A stretch of DNA of 54,088 bases from Minisyncoccota bacterium (GCA_018062505.1 JAGOSA010000001.1:35434-89521), one strand, 5' to 3'; shown: positions 27,110-36,017, numbered from the stretch's first letter. The notes: generated from the letters alone by a model not told the origin. Translations and numbers: made by a program.

Positions 27110-27532
27110 TTAAAATTCTCGATACCTTGCATTGCCAGGATGGCCAAACAAATGCAGCAGCAGATCTTTGTCCGACCCAAAATGAACCCTGCTGACTTCG
27201 TACTTATTTTCGGCAAGTAAAGTATTTTCAAGCTGATCAAAAAAGGCAATGCCAATTTTGAATGGAGCAAGCTTGTGCGAAAGATGGGCAAACGGGCAAA
27301 GCACAATACGATTCTCTTTTGTTTCGAGGCAAAACTTTTCTATCTCTTTGGCAATCTTTGGAATGACGTGCTCGAAATCATCTTCCTGCTCGACAGTGAT
27401 CCAAGCAACGATACACTCCTCGTGATCAAAACTATTGTGAGTAATTGCTTCAGGCGCAACATCTACGCCGCGAGTCGAAAGCCCGCTGATGTTTGCATTA
27501 AACTTTTTGCAATGAAAAAGGATAGATCTCAT
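27110..27532 (-). CDS. free-standing archaeal-type threonyl-tRNA synthetase editing domain (tRNA-Thr_ED / DTD-like fold)
   Basis: By eye it aligns along its full length to the Pyrococcus-type ThrRS N-terminal editing domain. Matching segments are MRSILFHC, ECIVAWITVEQEDD, IVLCPFAHLSHKLAP and HFGSDKDLLLHLFGHPGNARYREF. Confidence 0.75.
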   Translation of the reverse strand: MRSILFHCKKFNANISGLSTRGVDVAPEAITHNSFDHEECIVAWITVEQEDDFEHVIPKIAKEIEKFCLETKENRIVLCPFAHLSHKLAPFKIGIAFFDQLENTLLAENKYEVSRVHFGSDKDLLLHLFGHPGNARYREF

Positions 27533-27540
27533 TAATAGTA

Positions 27541-27948
27541 TTATACAGACTTACTTATTTTTCCTGCTTCATCTGCAAGTTCTTCTTCAGATGGATTTGA
27601 ACGCGCTCCTCCTTCATAAGAACGAGAAGTAATATCGTCAGGATGATGCATTGGAATTATATGTATGTGAGCATGCGCAACATCATAACCTGCCAACACT
27701 AAACCAACTTTATCAGGAGAATATATATTTTTAATTACTTGTGAAAGTTTTTTAACCACAAGAAAAACATGACTATAGATTGTCTCTTCCATATCGTAAA
27801 AATCAGCGACATGAGTTTTTGGAATAACCAACACATGCCCTGGGTTGATCGGGTGTTTGTCCATAAAAACCAAGCATTGATCGTCTTCAAATACTTTATG
27901 CACCTGCCCTTCGCCTTTTATTAAGCTACAGAATCTACAGTTTTCCAT
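27541..27948 (-). CDS. HIT-family protein (second copy)
   Basis: CRFCSLIKGE and HAHIHIIPMH are present. Start taken at MENCRFC; the track ORF extends a further 24 codons upstream. Confidence 0.85.
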   Translation of the reverse strand: MENCRFCSLIKGEGQVHKVFEDDQCLVFMDKHPINPGHVLVIPKTHVADFYDMEETIYSHVFLVVKKLSQVIKNIYSPDKVGLVLAGYDVAHAHIHIIPMHHPDDITSRSYEGGARSNPSEEELADEAGKISKSV

Positions 27949-28056
27949 ATTAGATATAGTAACATTTTCATTATCTAGAATAATTAGTGGGAGGCCGATC
28001 AGACTACGTCTTTCCGGCACTCTCCAAAAATATAGTCGCTACGCTCGTTATTTTTG

Positions 28057-28129
28057 GGAGCCTATCGGGAATTGAACCCGAATCGAGAGTTCCACAAACT
28101 CCAGTGTTAACCATTACACCATAGGCTCC
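28057..28129 (-). tRNA. tRNA-His (anticodon GTG)
   Basis: The complement folds as G(-1)+GAGCCTA acceptor / TAGGCTC+C73. The anticodon stem is GGAGT/ACTCT with loop TTGTGGA. The T-arm is CGGG-TTCAATT-CCCG. Confidence 0.85.
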
Positions 28130-28206
28130 ATGTGGTAGCAGGATTTAACCCCGCCCGTGATTTATAGCAAAAAATGCTTAAATAAGCCAGTTTTTGACCC
28201 AATCGT

Positions 28207-28545
28207 TTAGAAAAGCGGGATCTGGTCGACTTTGGCCGCTACGATGAAATCGTTCTCCGAAAGCCCCTTGATCGAGTGAGTGTATAGCTCGAGCTTTACG
28301 CGATTGTAGGAAATGTGAATGTCCGGATGGTGGCCTTCCATTTCGGCGACGTCGGCAACGCCTTCGACAAATGTCATGGCTTTGACGAAATCCTTGAATT
28401 GGAACTTTTTCGAAATCATTTTGCCGTCTTCAGACATCTCCCAGCCGACAACTTCTGTCATGTAGCTTTCAGCTTCTTCGCGCGTGAGCGGCGGAACTCC
28501 CCCTTCGCAGGACTGGCATTTCTTTTTGAGTAGGTCGTGATTCAT
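28207..28545 (-). CDS. phhB: pterin-4-alpha-carbinolamine dehydratase (PCD/DCoH)
   Basis: MEGHHPDIHISYNRVKLELYTHSIKGLSENDF is the family signature. Confidence 0.85.
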   Translation of the reverse strand: MNHDLLKKKCQSCEGGVPPLTREEAESYMTEVVGWEMSEDGKMISKKFQFKDFVKAMTFVEGVADVAEMEGHHPDIHISYNRVKLELYTHSIKGLSENDFIVAAKVDQIPLF

Positions 28546-28583
28546 ATTTTCTTTATATAAAATTAATTAGCAATTCATCTCGC

Positions 28584-30272
28584 TTAGTTACACTTATCTC
28601 CGAGCGGCTGACGAGCTGCTTTGCCGGAAAAGCCTCGGCTGTCTGTGCAGTAGAAATTACCAGACACATCGCGCACGACATAGCTCCAAGCAGTGTCAGC
28701 ATCTGTGCAGACTGGCAGCTGGTAGCCCGATGCCAGTACTTTGCTCGATATGAAAGGAATAGTCAACTCAGTATTGTTTTCGGTTTCCTCCCCTTTCTTG
28801 ATGCAGACACCTTTGTATGAACTTTGGTTAATTCCTTTGTAGACGCTTGCAATCGTTCGGACATCAGAGAAAAATCCCTGCAATCCTTCAGGAAGATCGG
28901 CAGCTGCATCTTTTTTTGAAAGATCTGCAAAAGGAACGACGAGCGAAGGAATATTGATTGTCGGAGGAAGATCGAATCGGTCATACGAAAGAGAAAAACG
29001 AACCCGGACTGGAACCGTATACTCTTTTACTTTGTAGCCAAAGACAAATGTGGCCTTCTTCACTTTACCATCTGGACCAATCGTCACTTCGCCTGTCGGC
29101 GGTTCTGTGTAGGACATTGCCGGATATTTCGGACCGATGCTGCCAGTGATGCCGAGCTTGTCGCCAGTAATAAATATTGAAGTGAAATAATTTACTAAAG
29201 CATCTGGATAGCTAACCGTAACAATAGTATCTCCAGTTGGCTGCTCAACTGATCCGGTTGGCACAGCAGCACTTATGTACTGAGAAAGCATTCTCGAAAA
29301 ACCTTGATTGTACAAAGAAGCTCCGCCAAAAAAACCATACGCAAACATTGGCACTTCAGATCCCTCGTCGAATCGAACCCAGTTTGCTCCTTGATTAGCG
29401 ACAGAACTATCGAAGATCGCCGAACTTTCCGAAAGCTTCACATAGAGAGCGTTGCTGATGAGTCGGCTCGTCGAAGTAAAATCAACAGGATTATTCCCAG
29501 GGACAGTAATCTTGGTGACGAATTTAACTTCATTTTTCTTGGAGCGAAAATCGAACCAGTCATCAACGCCCATATATGCGCCTTTCATGGTTGATGTTGT
29601 CTGCCTGCCTCCAATACCACCAAAAGTACTGATGAGAACTTTGTCAGACAGAAGAAGTCCGGCTGGCGCACTGATATCGTATTCGCCCGAATACTGAATC
29701 GATTTCGCCACCTCAGTCTGCGCAGAAAGTTCAGCAATTTTTTTGCTTGGATCATTCAGGATTGGCGACAAGAAAAAGTAAGCTGCCCCGCCGAGTATAA
29801 GCAATCCAAAAACAACAAGTATTGGGAGTAGTTTGTGGTGCTCCGGCTTTTTGGCAGCATCTTTTGTGCGATTTTCCGTAATTTTTACTTCCTGAAAAAC
29901 AGATTCAGCGCCGGACCCAGGCATTAATCCGCCAACTGGAACAGATTGTAATATTGAGTGTGCTGGATCGCCCGATGGATTAATTGGCTGCGCAGGAGGA
30001 GTATGAACCGCGCTTTCTTTGCTTGGATCACGCAGTACGTTTTGGACGGCTTCTTGATTGATTGATTCCTTTTGCGGAATCGACGTCGCAACAGGAGCAA
30101 CATATGGCATGCCGGAAGTGCCTCCGTGCATACGCTCAGTCACAACCCGAAGCGCATCCGCAACTTCGAGCGCTTTCCAGCCAGCAGCAACAAGTGCCTC
30201 GCTAATCGCCTCATGCGAGACGCCGCGCTTCACTTCATTTTCAATGTATGCGATTAGGTCGTTGGTTAACAT
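28584..30272 (-). CDS. membrane-anchored protein of unknown function, paralog B of the 10365-12056 family
   Basis: N-terminus LIAYIENEVKRGVSHEAISEALVAAGW, a low-complexity region, the TM LLPILVVFGLLILGGAAYFFL, a large outside domain and a C-terminal FYCTDSRGF...DKCN. Confidence 0.6.
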   Translation of the reverse strand: MLTNDLIAYIENEVKRGVSHEAISEALVAAGWKALEVADALRVVTERMHGGTSGMPYVAPVATSIPQKESINQEAVQNVLRDPSKESAVHTPPAQPINPSGDPAHSILQSVPVGGLMPGSGAESVFQEVKITENRTKDAAKKPEHHKLLPILVVFGLLILGGAAYFFLSPILNDPSKKIAELSAQTEVAKSIQYSGEYDISAPAGLLLSDKVLISTFGGIGGRQTTSTMKGAYMGVDDWFDFRSKKNEVKFVTKITVPGNNPVDFTSTSRLISNALYVKLSESSAIFDSSVANQGANWVRFDEGSEVPMFAYGFFGGASLYNQGFSRMLSQYISAAVPTGSVEQPTGDTIVTVSYPDALVNYFTSIFITGDKLGITGSIGPKYPAMSYTEPPTGEVTIGPDGKVKKATFVFGYKVKEYTVPVRVRFSLSYDRFDLPPTINIPSLVVPFADLSKKDAAADLPEGLQGFFSDVRTIASVYKGINQSSYKGVCIKKGEETENNTELTIPFISSKVLASGYQLPVCTDADTAWSYVVRDVSGNFYCTDSRGFSGKAARQPLGDKCN

Positions 30273-30275
30273 AAA

Positions 30276-30707
30276 CTAGATTTTTGCGGCACTGCTTTCG
30301 CCGAATTTTTTCATATCTTCAAAAACGCTGAGCACGACAGGATTTTGGCTTTCAGTGCGAAGCCAGATGCCATTGATGCAAGCGTCGAGCGAGTCAACGA
30401 CAGCAGGACAAGGACCTCCCGCTAAAATCATGTCGGCAGAGTTCGAGCTAATCGGATACGTAACAGAGAAGCCGACAACTGTCGTTCCCGATTTTTCTTC
30501 ATCAAAAGTCCAATCGGACGGATAAATGAAAACGGTGTCCCCATTCAACGTGAATGCATTCCAGATAATATCTCTTGAAACTTCAGGAATGGTTTCGCTT
30601 GCCTGATCGCTCGGCAAAACTGTCACCGCTCGATTCTTCGTCAAGAAAAAAATGCCGACGGCAATTGCAGCCAATACAAGGAGCGTTGCGAGAACATTTT
30701 TTTGCAT
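30276..30707 (-). CDS. membrane-anchored hypothetical protein
   Basis: Start taken at MQKNVLATLLVLAAIAVGIFFL. It lies 3 nt downstream of paralog B. Confidence 0.45.
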   Translation of the reverse strand: MQKNVLATLLVLAAIAVGIFFLTKNRAVTVLPSDQASETIPEVSRDIIWNAFTLNGDTVFIYPSDWTFDEEKSGTTVVGFSVTYPISSNSADMILAGGPCPAVVDSLDACINGIWLRTESQNPVVLSVFEDMKKFGESSAAKI

Positions 30708-30808
30708 GCGTCTATTATAGCGCCCCTGCTCGATTGGAGAAAATAAAAACACGGGATTAGCCGTGTTTTTATTTATATGTTGCCATATTTCAGTATTGCC
30801 ATACTTTG

Positions 30809-30892
30809 TGCGCGGGAGAAGACTTGAACTTCCATTCCCTTGCGGGAGCTACCACCTCAAGGTAGTGCGTCTACCAGTTTCGCCACCCGCGC
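30809..30892 (-). tRNA. tRNA-Leu (anticodon GAG), long variable arm
   Basis: The complement reads GCGCGGG TG GCGAAACTGGTAGACGC A CTACC TTGAGGT GGTAG CTCCCGCAAGGGAAT GGAAG TTCAAGT CTTCT CCCGCGC A. Confidence 0.9.
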
Positions 30893-31028
30893 ATGCTTTC
30901 TGCCCATTGCTGCTTATTTGCAAACTATCGATTTTGCTTTTGTAGTATACAGATTCCTCGGCTTTTATCAAGAAGGTAGAAATCTGCCAAAGAAAAAACC
31001 GGCAATACCGGTTTTTTCACTAGGAGTC

Positions 31029-31448
31029 TTATTCTGCAGCAGCTTCTTCTGTCTTCCCTTCCTTTGCTTCGATGACTTCCTCTTCGTGCTTGCCTTTGAG
31101 TGTGTACATCTTCATCTTGCGGGCGACTTCGCGAGCTGCTTTTTCGCGGACGTAGTAGAGCTTCGAGCGTCGGACGCGAGCGCGTTTGACGACTTCGATC
31201 TTGTCGATTGTTGGAGAGTAGAGCGGGAAAACACGTTCGACGCCAACGCCGCTTGCTACCTTGCGGATAGTAAACGTCGCACCAGCTTCTGTGCCGTGCT
31301 TGCGGGCCAAAACGAGGCCTTCAAAGGCCTGAAGACGGACCTTGCCCTTATCTTCAATCTTTGACCAGACGCGAACAGTATCGCCTGAAGAAAATTCAAG
31401 CTTTTCGCGGTCAGCGCTATTTATAGGTGTCATTACTTTAACTGCCAT
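31029..31448 (-). CDS. rplS: 50S ribosomal protein L19
   Basis: [61 protein letters not shown] is the classic L19 core. Confidence 0.95.
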   Translation of the reverse strand: MAVKVMTPINSADREKLEFSSGDTVRVWSKIEDKGKVRLQAFEGLVLARKHGTEAGATFTIRKVASGVGVERVFPLYSPTIDKIEVVKRARVRRSKLYYVREKAAREVARKMKMYTLKGKHEEEVIEAKEGKTEEAAAE

Positions 31449-31462
31449 AGATGCCCGTTACT

Positions 31463-32269
31463 TTAGCATGGAAGTTCAACCTGCGCAACTTGGGCGACAT
31501 CCTTGAATTCCTTTGGCGCTGGCGCCTCAAAAACCCTTGTATTTCCCTCTTTATCTACATAGCTAAGCTTGGCGGCATGGAGCATGAGCCTCGGAAAAGC
31601 CGCAATCGTCTTTTCATCGCCATAGAGCTTGTCGCCGCCGACTGGGTGGTTGGTGAAATTCATGTGGACGCGGATTTGGTGTGTTCGTCCTGTGCGCGGC
31701 TTGATGAGAATGAGACTCCACTCAGTAATGTCCGAGGGATTGCTTGCGCTGCCGCGAGTTTTGCCAAGCACACGATAGTCAGTAACAGCATCGCGAAGTT
31801 CACCGCGCGTTCCCCTGCCGCCAAGGAATTTTCGGAAATCATTTTTTGAGCGGCCAATCGGAACAGCGATCGAACCGATATTTTCCTTAAAGCTGCCGCG
31901 AACGATTGCCAAGTACTCTTTCTTCATCGTGCGATCTTGGAATTTTTCTTTGAGCATGTAAAAAGTTTCATTGTCTTTGGCAATAATCATGACTCCGGAA
32001 GTATCTTTGTCGAGACGATGGACGATGCCAGGGCGATGAATCTTGAGTTCGCTGCCAACGTATTCATGCGAAGGAAGCGCACAATCAACGACGACACTTT
32101 TATTCATTTTGATGACAAGCGGCTCGCCAACATCTCTTTTGACTTTCTTTTCATTGAGCAAAAAGTCCGCGAGCGTTTCTTCGCAATTGTGGCCGTCGCC
32201 ATGCACAAGAAGGCCAGACGGCTTATTGATGACGAGAATTTTTTTGTCTTCGTAAATAATATCGAGCAT
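31463..32269 (-). CDS. RluA-family pseudouridine synthase (no S4 domain)
   Basis: ILVINKPSGLLVH, the catalytic HRLDKDTSGVMIIAK, and GRTHQIRVH are present. Confidence 0.9.
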   Translation of the reverse strand: MLDIIYEDKKILVINKPSGLLVHGDGHNCEETLADFLLNEKKVKRDVGEPLVIKMNKSVVVDCALPSHEYVGSELKIHRPGIVHRLDKDTSGVMIIAKDNETFYMLKEKFQDRTMKKEYLAIVRGSFKENIGSIAVPIGRSKNDFRKFLGGRGTRGELRDAVTDYRVLGKTRGSASNPSDITEWSLILIKPRTGRTHQIRVHMNFTNHPVGGDKLYGDEKTIAAFPRLMLHAAKLSYVDKEGNTRVFEAPAPKEFKDVAQVAQVELPC

Positions 32270-32290
32270 TGTATATATATTTGAGAAATA

Positions 32291-33679
32291 CTAGGCGGCC
32301 GCTTTTTGGTCTGCTGGATTCTCAGCTTCAAACTCCGCAATCAATTCATTGAGATGTTTCGATGTCTTGTCTTCGTGGCGAACAGCGAGCATCGTTTTGA
32401 TTTCAGCATTGTCGCCAGCGAGCGCTTCAATCGAAGTGCGAACGTCGTCGTAAGCATCAGCAATGCTATTGCCGTGCTTTCTTGCAAATCGAGCCATGAT
32501 ATCACATTGGACCATAATTTGGTTCATGACGTCAAATTTCATCGGACTATTCTTGAAATTCTGTTTAACACTTTCGTCGTCAATGTTTTTGAGCATGTAC
32601 GCCATTTTCTTTACCTCGCCAAAATCAAAATAGAGAATTGCCTTCGGCACAGCAAACTCTTTAGTCATATTTCCAGCATGATCTTTAAAATATTTTACTT
32701 TTGTCTTGTAGCCATCTCTGATCGATTTGAGCAAATTGAAAACTTTGTTTTTATATTGTTCACTATAGAGACCGCGGTATGTGACATCAATACCAAGACC
32801 GAGAAAGCTACTGCCTTCGGCACTTTCCTTGAGTTTTTCGTTAACCCCGCCGTATGAAACATCAATACCTTCTGGATTTTCCTTGAGAATTTCAAGAACG
32901 TCGTCAACGCCGCGACGAACATCGTCGAACTTCGAGCTGCGGAGTACTTTTACCTTGTCGCCGTACCAGTTGAGGTCAGTCACACCGTACTCAAGGCCGA
33001 TCTCCGTCATTGAAGCAATTTTTTTGGATTTCGATTTTTCCTGAGATTCGTCGCCGAAGGCAGATTCGATTTCTGCCAATTTTGCCAAATCTTTTCTTAC
33101 TTCTGCTTCGCCGCCTTTGATAAGTCCAGCTTTCGCAAATTCATAATAGTAATCGTCTGACTCCATGCCTTTTACTTTTTCAAGTTTTTGGACGTCAGCA
33201 TAAAGTGCATCAAGTTCAGCTTCATCATCGAAGATGCCATCTTTTTCTTCTTTCAGCTTTTCTTCTTCTTGGTATTCGGAGAAATGGCGCTGGCCTTCTT
33301 CGTCTTCAACAATCTTGAGCTCTTTTTTCTCAATGCTGATCGGAATAAATTCTGGCTCAGATTTTTTATCTTTTTTATTTTTAGATTCAGGCACAATTTC
33401 AGGAATAGTAATGACGCCCAAGCTACGAAGCGTTGTCATGACATCTTTTGAAGGAATGCCATCTTTGATCAGGCCGTTTTGGAGGAGAAATGTTTCAATT
33501 TCAGTTTCAGATGTAAAATCCGAGAAATCGACTTTGCCGAGCTCTACCCTCTTGGCGATTCGGCTTGCAGTTTGATCGACGAGTCGCGCTTCGACGCTCG
33601 CAAATACTTTGCCGCCTTCGTTGCTGCCGGAAGTATTTGTCGGCGGATTATTGAATTGATTGCTTGGGTTTGGTTGCAT
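32291..33679 (-). CDS. hypothetical protein (acidic, helical)
   Basis: Start taken at MQPNPSNQFNNPP. No recognisable motif was seen. Confidence 0.4.
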   Translation of the reverse strand: MQPNPSNQFNNPPTNTSGSNEGGKVFASVEARLVDQTASRIAKRVELGKVDFSDFTSETEIETFLLQNGLIKDGIPSKDVMTTLRSLGVITIPEIVPESKNKKDKKSEPEFIPISIEKKELKIVEDEEGQRHFSEYQEEEKLKEEKDGIFDDEAELDALYADVQKLEKVKGMESDDYYYEFAKAGLIKGGEAEVRKDLAKLAEIESAFGDESQEKSKSKKIASMTEIGLEYGVTDLNWYGDKVKVLRSSKFDDVRRGVDDVLEILKENPEGIDVSYGGVNEKLKESAEGSSFLGLGIDVTYRGLYSEQYKNKVFNLLKSIRDGYKTKVKYFKDHAGNMTKEFAVPKAILYFDFGEVKKMAYMLKNIDDESVKQNFKNSPMKFDVMNQIMVQCDIMARFARKHGNSIADAYDDVRTSIEALAGDNAEIKTMLAVRHEDKTSKHLNELIAEFEAENPADQKAAA

Positions 33680-33795
33680 AGGCTTATAGTACTGGCAAAT
33701 ATAGAGAGTGTCTATGATTGTGCGATTTGGCTGCGGGCTTGAAAAAAACCCCAAATACTATATGATTTGCCTGTCGCAATGAAATACGCGATCGC

Positions 33796-33868
33796 GCGCG
33801 ATTAGCTCAGTTGGTAGAGCAATCCGTTTACACCGGAAAGGTCGCAGGTTCGAGTCCTGCATCGCGCA
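33796..33868 (+). tRNA. tRNA-Val (anticodon TAC)
   Basis: GCGCGAT TA GCTC AGTTGGTA GAGC A ATCCG TTTACAC CGGAA AGGTC GCAGG TTCGAGT CCTGC ATCGCGC A. Confidence 0.9.
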
Positions 33869-33965
33869 CACGAAGAGAATGATATAATCCGACCATGCCC
33901 CCGTACTCCGTGCAGGGGCGTCGCTCGGAAAAAATGAGAATGCATTCTCATTTTCTTCCTCGCTA

Positions 33966-34037
33966 GCCCCTGTAGTTAAATGGATATAACTGCGGACTTC
34001 TAAGCCGTTATTCGAGGTTCGATTCCTCGCGGGGGCA
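33966..34037 (+). tRNA. tRNA-Arg (anticodon TCT)
   Basis: Acceptor GCCCCTG/CGGGGGC and anticodon loop CTTCTAA. The stem GCGGA/GCCGT has one A-G mismatch. The T-arm is CGAGG TTCGATT CCTCG. Confidence 0.75.
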
Positions 34038-34056
34038 CAAAGAGATAGTTGGCGGA

Positions 34057-34458
34057 CTAATTTTTATTGACGATAGACTGAAGCGCTTGCTGCAATTCTT
34101 GGATTCTCCTTTCGTGGTTAGACATTTCAGCGTGAGCTTTATTGATTTCAGCTTCGGTGTTTCTGACACCAGTTTCATTCTTGGATATTTCTTGCTTCTT
34201 CTTTTCCATCTCGGATTTTGTCTTTGTGACTTGCGTTTCTGCATTGCGAAGTTCGCCTTCAAGCTTGCTTATTTCTGCTTTGGTTTTTGTGACCAATGCT
34301 TCCGCTGTCCGCAAAGCTCCCTCAAGATTCGCAAAGTCCTGCTTGCTTGCCTGCAGATCATTTTTGAATTTAGTATTTTCCTGCTCACTTTTATTGAGTT
34401 CAGATTTTTCCTTTTCAATTTCTCTTTTAACGCTATCAAGGTCTGAAGATGTGCTCAT
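34057..34458 (-). CDS. coiled-coil protein with three ~21-aa tandem repeats
   Basis: The repeats are EGALRTAEALVTKTKAEISKL, EGELRNAETQVTKTKSEMEKK and ETGVRNTEAEINKAHAEMSNH. Confidence 0.5.
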   Translation of the reverse strand: MSTSSDLDSVKREIEKEKSELNKSEQENTKFKNDLQASKQDFANLEGALRTAEALVTKTKAEISKLEGELRNAETQVTKTKSEMEKKKQEISKNETGVRNTEAEINKAHAEMSNHERRIQELQQALQSIVNKN

Positions 34459-34520
34459 GTGATGAAAATAATTAGATAATAAGTTACTTCTAGATTATAT
34501 CACGATGATTTTGCTGGAGA

Positions 34521-35567
34521 CTACTTATGGAGACCCCGCAAAGCAAGCGCGAGCGCTGGCAAGTATTTGAGGCTTTCTGCTTGAGTAAGTTCAGGGACTT
34601 CATTTTGAAGCGGCACATTTTTGAAAGGTTCAGGAGTGCGCGTTTCGATATGGAGCGAAGCTTCGAGGTAGGCTGGCATACCTGGGATTGTTGCGCCGAG
34701 GCCAACGAGCGTGACTTGGTGGACGCGACACTCTTTTTCTTTGCGGCAATCAACGTGCCAGTAGAGAAATGTTTTTTCGGCGGCTTCGACAAGCTTGCGG
34801 AATTCGCCGCGCAAGCACTGAATGATCCCATCATTTGTCGTGAGAGAGATGCCATCAAAGAAAAGCGCTTCGGCCGCGGCCTCCTTTTCGACATCAAATG
34901 TCTCCATTATTTTTTGTATCCAAATATCTGTTCCAGTTGAAACAACTTCTTCGAGCACGAGCGAACCTTTCGACAAAATAGTGATCGATGTTTCGTGCGC
35001 TTTGATCGCAATAACAATACTTGCTGCATCGTCGAGGCCGATGAGCTCAGCGACAATTTCAGTTGAGAGACCAACATACTTGAGCTTAAAATTCGCTTTT
35101 TCGGCAATCGCCTTCATGTCGTCGATCGGCGGCTGCGGCAGCATCGTGACAGCGACTTTCGTATTATTCTTCTCCCGATAGAGAATTTCGGTCTGCATAA
35201 CAAAATCATGTCGATCACCAATCGCTTTTTTGATTTCCCTTTCAACCATGTGCTCGAGCAAAAAAGGATCACTCTCAGGGAGTGTCATTTCGAAAAAAGT
35301 TGCAGCGCCGTCTGGAAGCGCGATCTGCAATGTTTTAGTACTTGATCGACGATGAAGGTTTGCAAAAATGTGCGCAAGTTCAGCATCGCGTGAATCTTTG
35401 TCGCCACTGTCGGATTCGAGGGCAACTTCGCCAAAGCGCGAAATAGAAATGCCGCGAGATGTCGCAATCGCTTCGACGTATGAAACAAGATGGTCTTCAA
35501 TAGCAACGCCAAGCGCCGCTTTTTTGCCGGAGACAGGAAGTTTGATTTTGCTAGTTTGTTTTTTCAT
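34521..35567 (-). CDS. pilM: PilM-like actin-fold ATPase (type IV pilus assembly)
   Basis: Size and layout fit PilM/FtsA-like proteins: an N-terminal peptide then LGVAIED, AIKAHETSITIL and VTLVGLGATIPGMPAYLE. Confidence 0.55.
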   Translation of the reverse strand: MKKQTSKIKLPVSGKKAALGVAIEDHLVSYVEAIATSRGISISRFGEVALESDSGDKDSRDAELAHIFANLHRRSSTKTLQIALPDGAATFFEMTLPESDPFLLEHMVEREIKKAIGDRHDFVMQTEILYREKNNTKVAVTMLPQPPIDDMKAIAEKANFKLKYVGLSTEIVAELIGLDDAASIVIAIKAHETSITILSKGSLVLEEVVSTGTDIWIQKIMETFDVEKEAAAEALFFDGISLTTNDGIIQCLRGEFRKLVEAAEKTFLYWHVDCRKEKECRVHQVTLVGLGATIPGMPAYLEASLHIETRTPEPFKNVPLQNEVPELTQAESLKYLPALALALRGLHK

Positions 35568-35590
35568 AAAGAACGGAAATTATTTTTTGA

Positions 35591-36016
35591 TTACGTTACT
35601 GAAACGCCAGCATTTACCTTCTTGCCAGGCTCAAGCGTCGTGAAATTTTCCAAATCGCCCGTGACGTAGAGAATCATGCCATTTGATTCGATGCCGCGGA
35701 TTTTGCGTGGCGCCAAATTTGTAATGACTGGAAATTGCTTGCCGATGAGCGTTTCGATTTCCGGAAAGTATTCGCGAACGCCAGAGAGAATAGTGCGAGG
35801 CTCAGCTTCGCCGAGGTCGACTTTGTACATAATGAGCTTGTCTGCGTCAGGCACAGCGCTCGCCTCGAGAATGGTGCCGATTTTTATTTCGAGCTTGTAC
35901 ACATCATCGATGCTGATTTTTTTCGCAACTTCAACAACAGGTTCGGACGCAGAAACAACTGGCTCGGATGTCACTTCTGTTTTTATTTCTTCGGTTGTAT
36001 TTTCAGTATCACTCAT
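35591..36016 (-). CDS. tRNA-binding domain protein (Trbp111/CsaA/EMAP-like)
   Basis: LEIKIGTILEASAVPDADKLIMYKVDLGE...RTILSGVREYF...NLAPRKIRGIESNGMIL. Confidence 0.8.
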   Translation of the reverse strand: MSDTENTTEEIKTEVTSEPVVSASEPVVEVAKKISIDDVYKLEIKIGTILEASAVPDADKLIMYKVDLGEAEPRTILSGVREYFPEIETLIGKQFPVITNLAPRKIRGIESNGMILYVTGDLENFTTLEPGKKVNAGVSVT

Positions 36017-36017
36017 A

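Noticed and set aside
33869-33965. Pseudo-tRNA in the Val/Arg spacer
   Set aside because: No acceptor/T-arm pairing could be drawn. Only simple hairpins are present.
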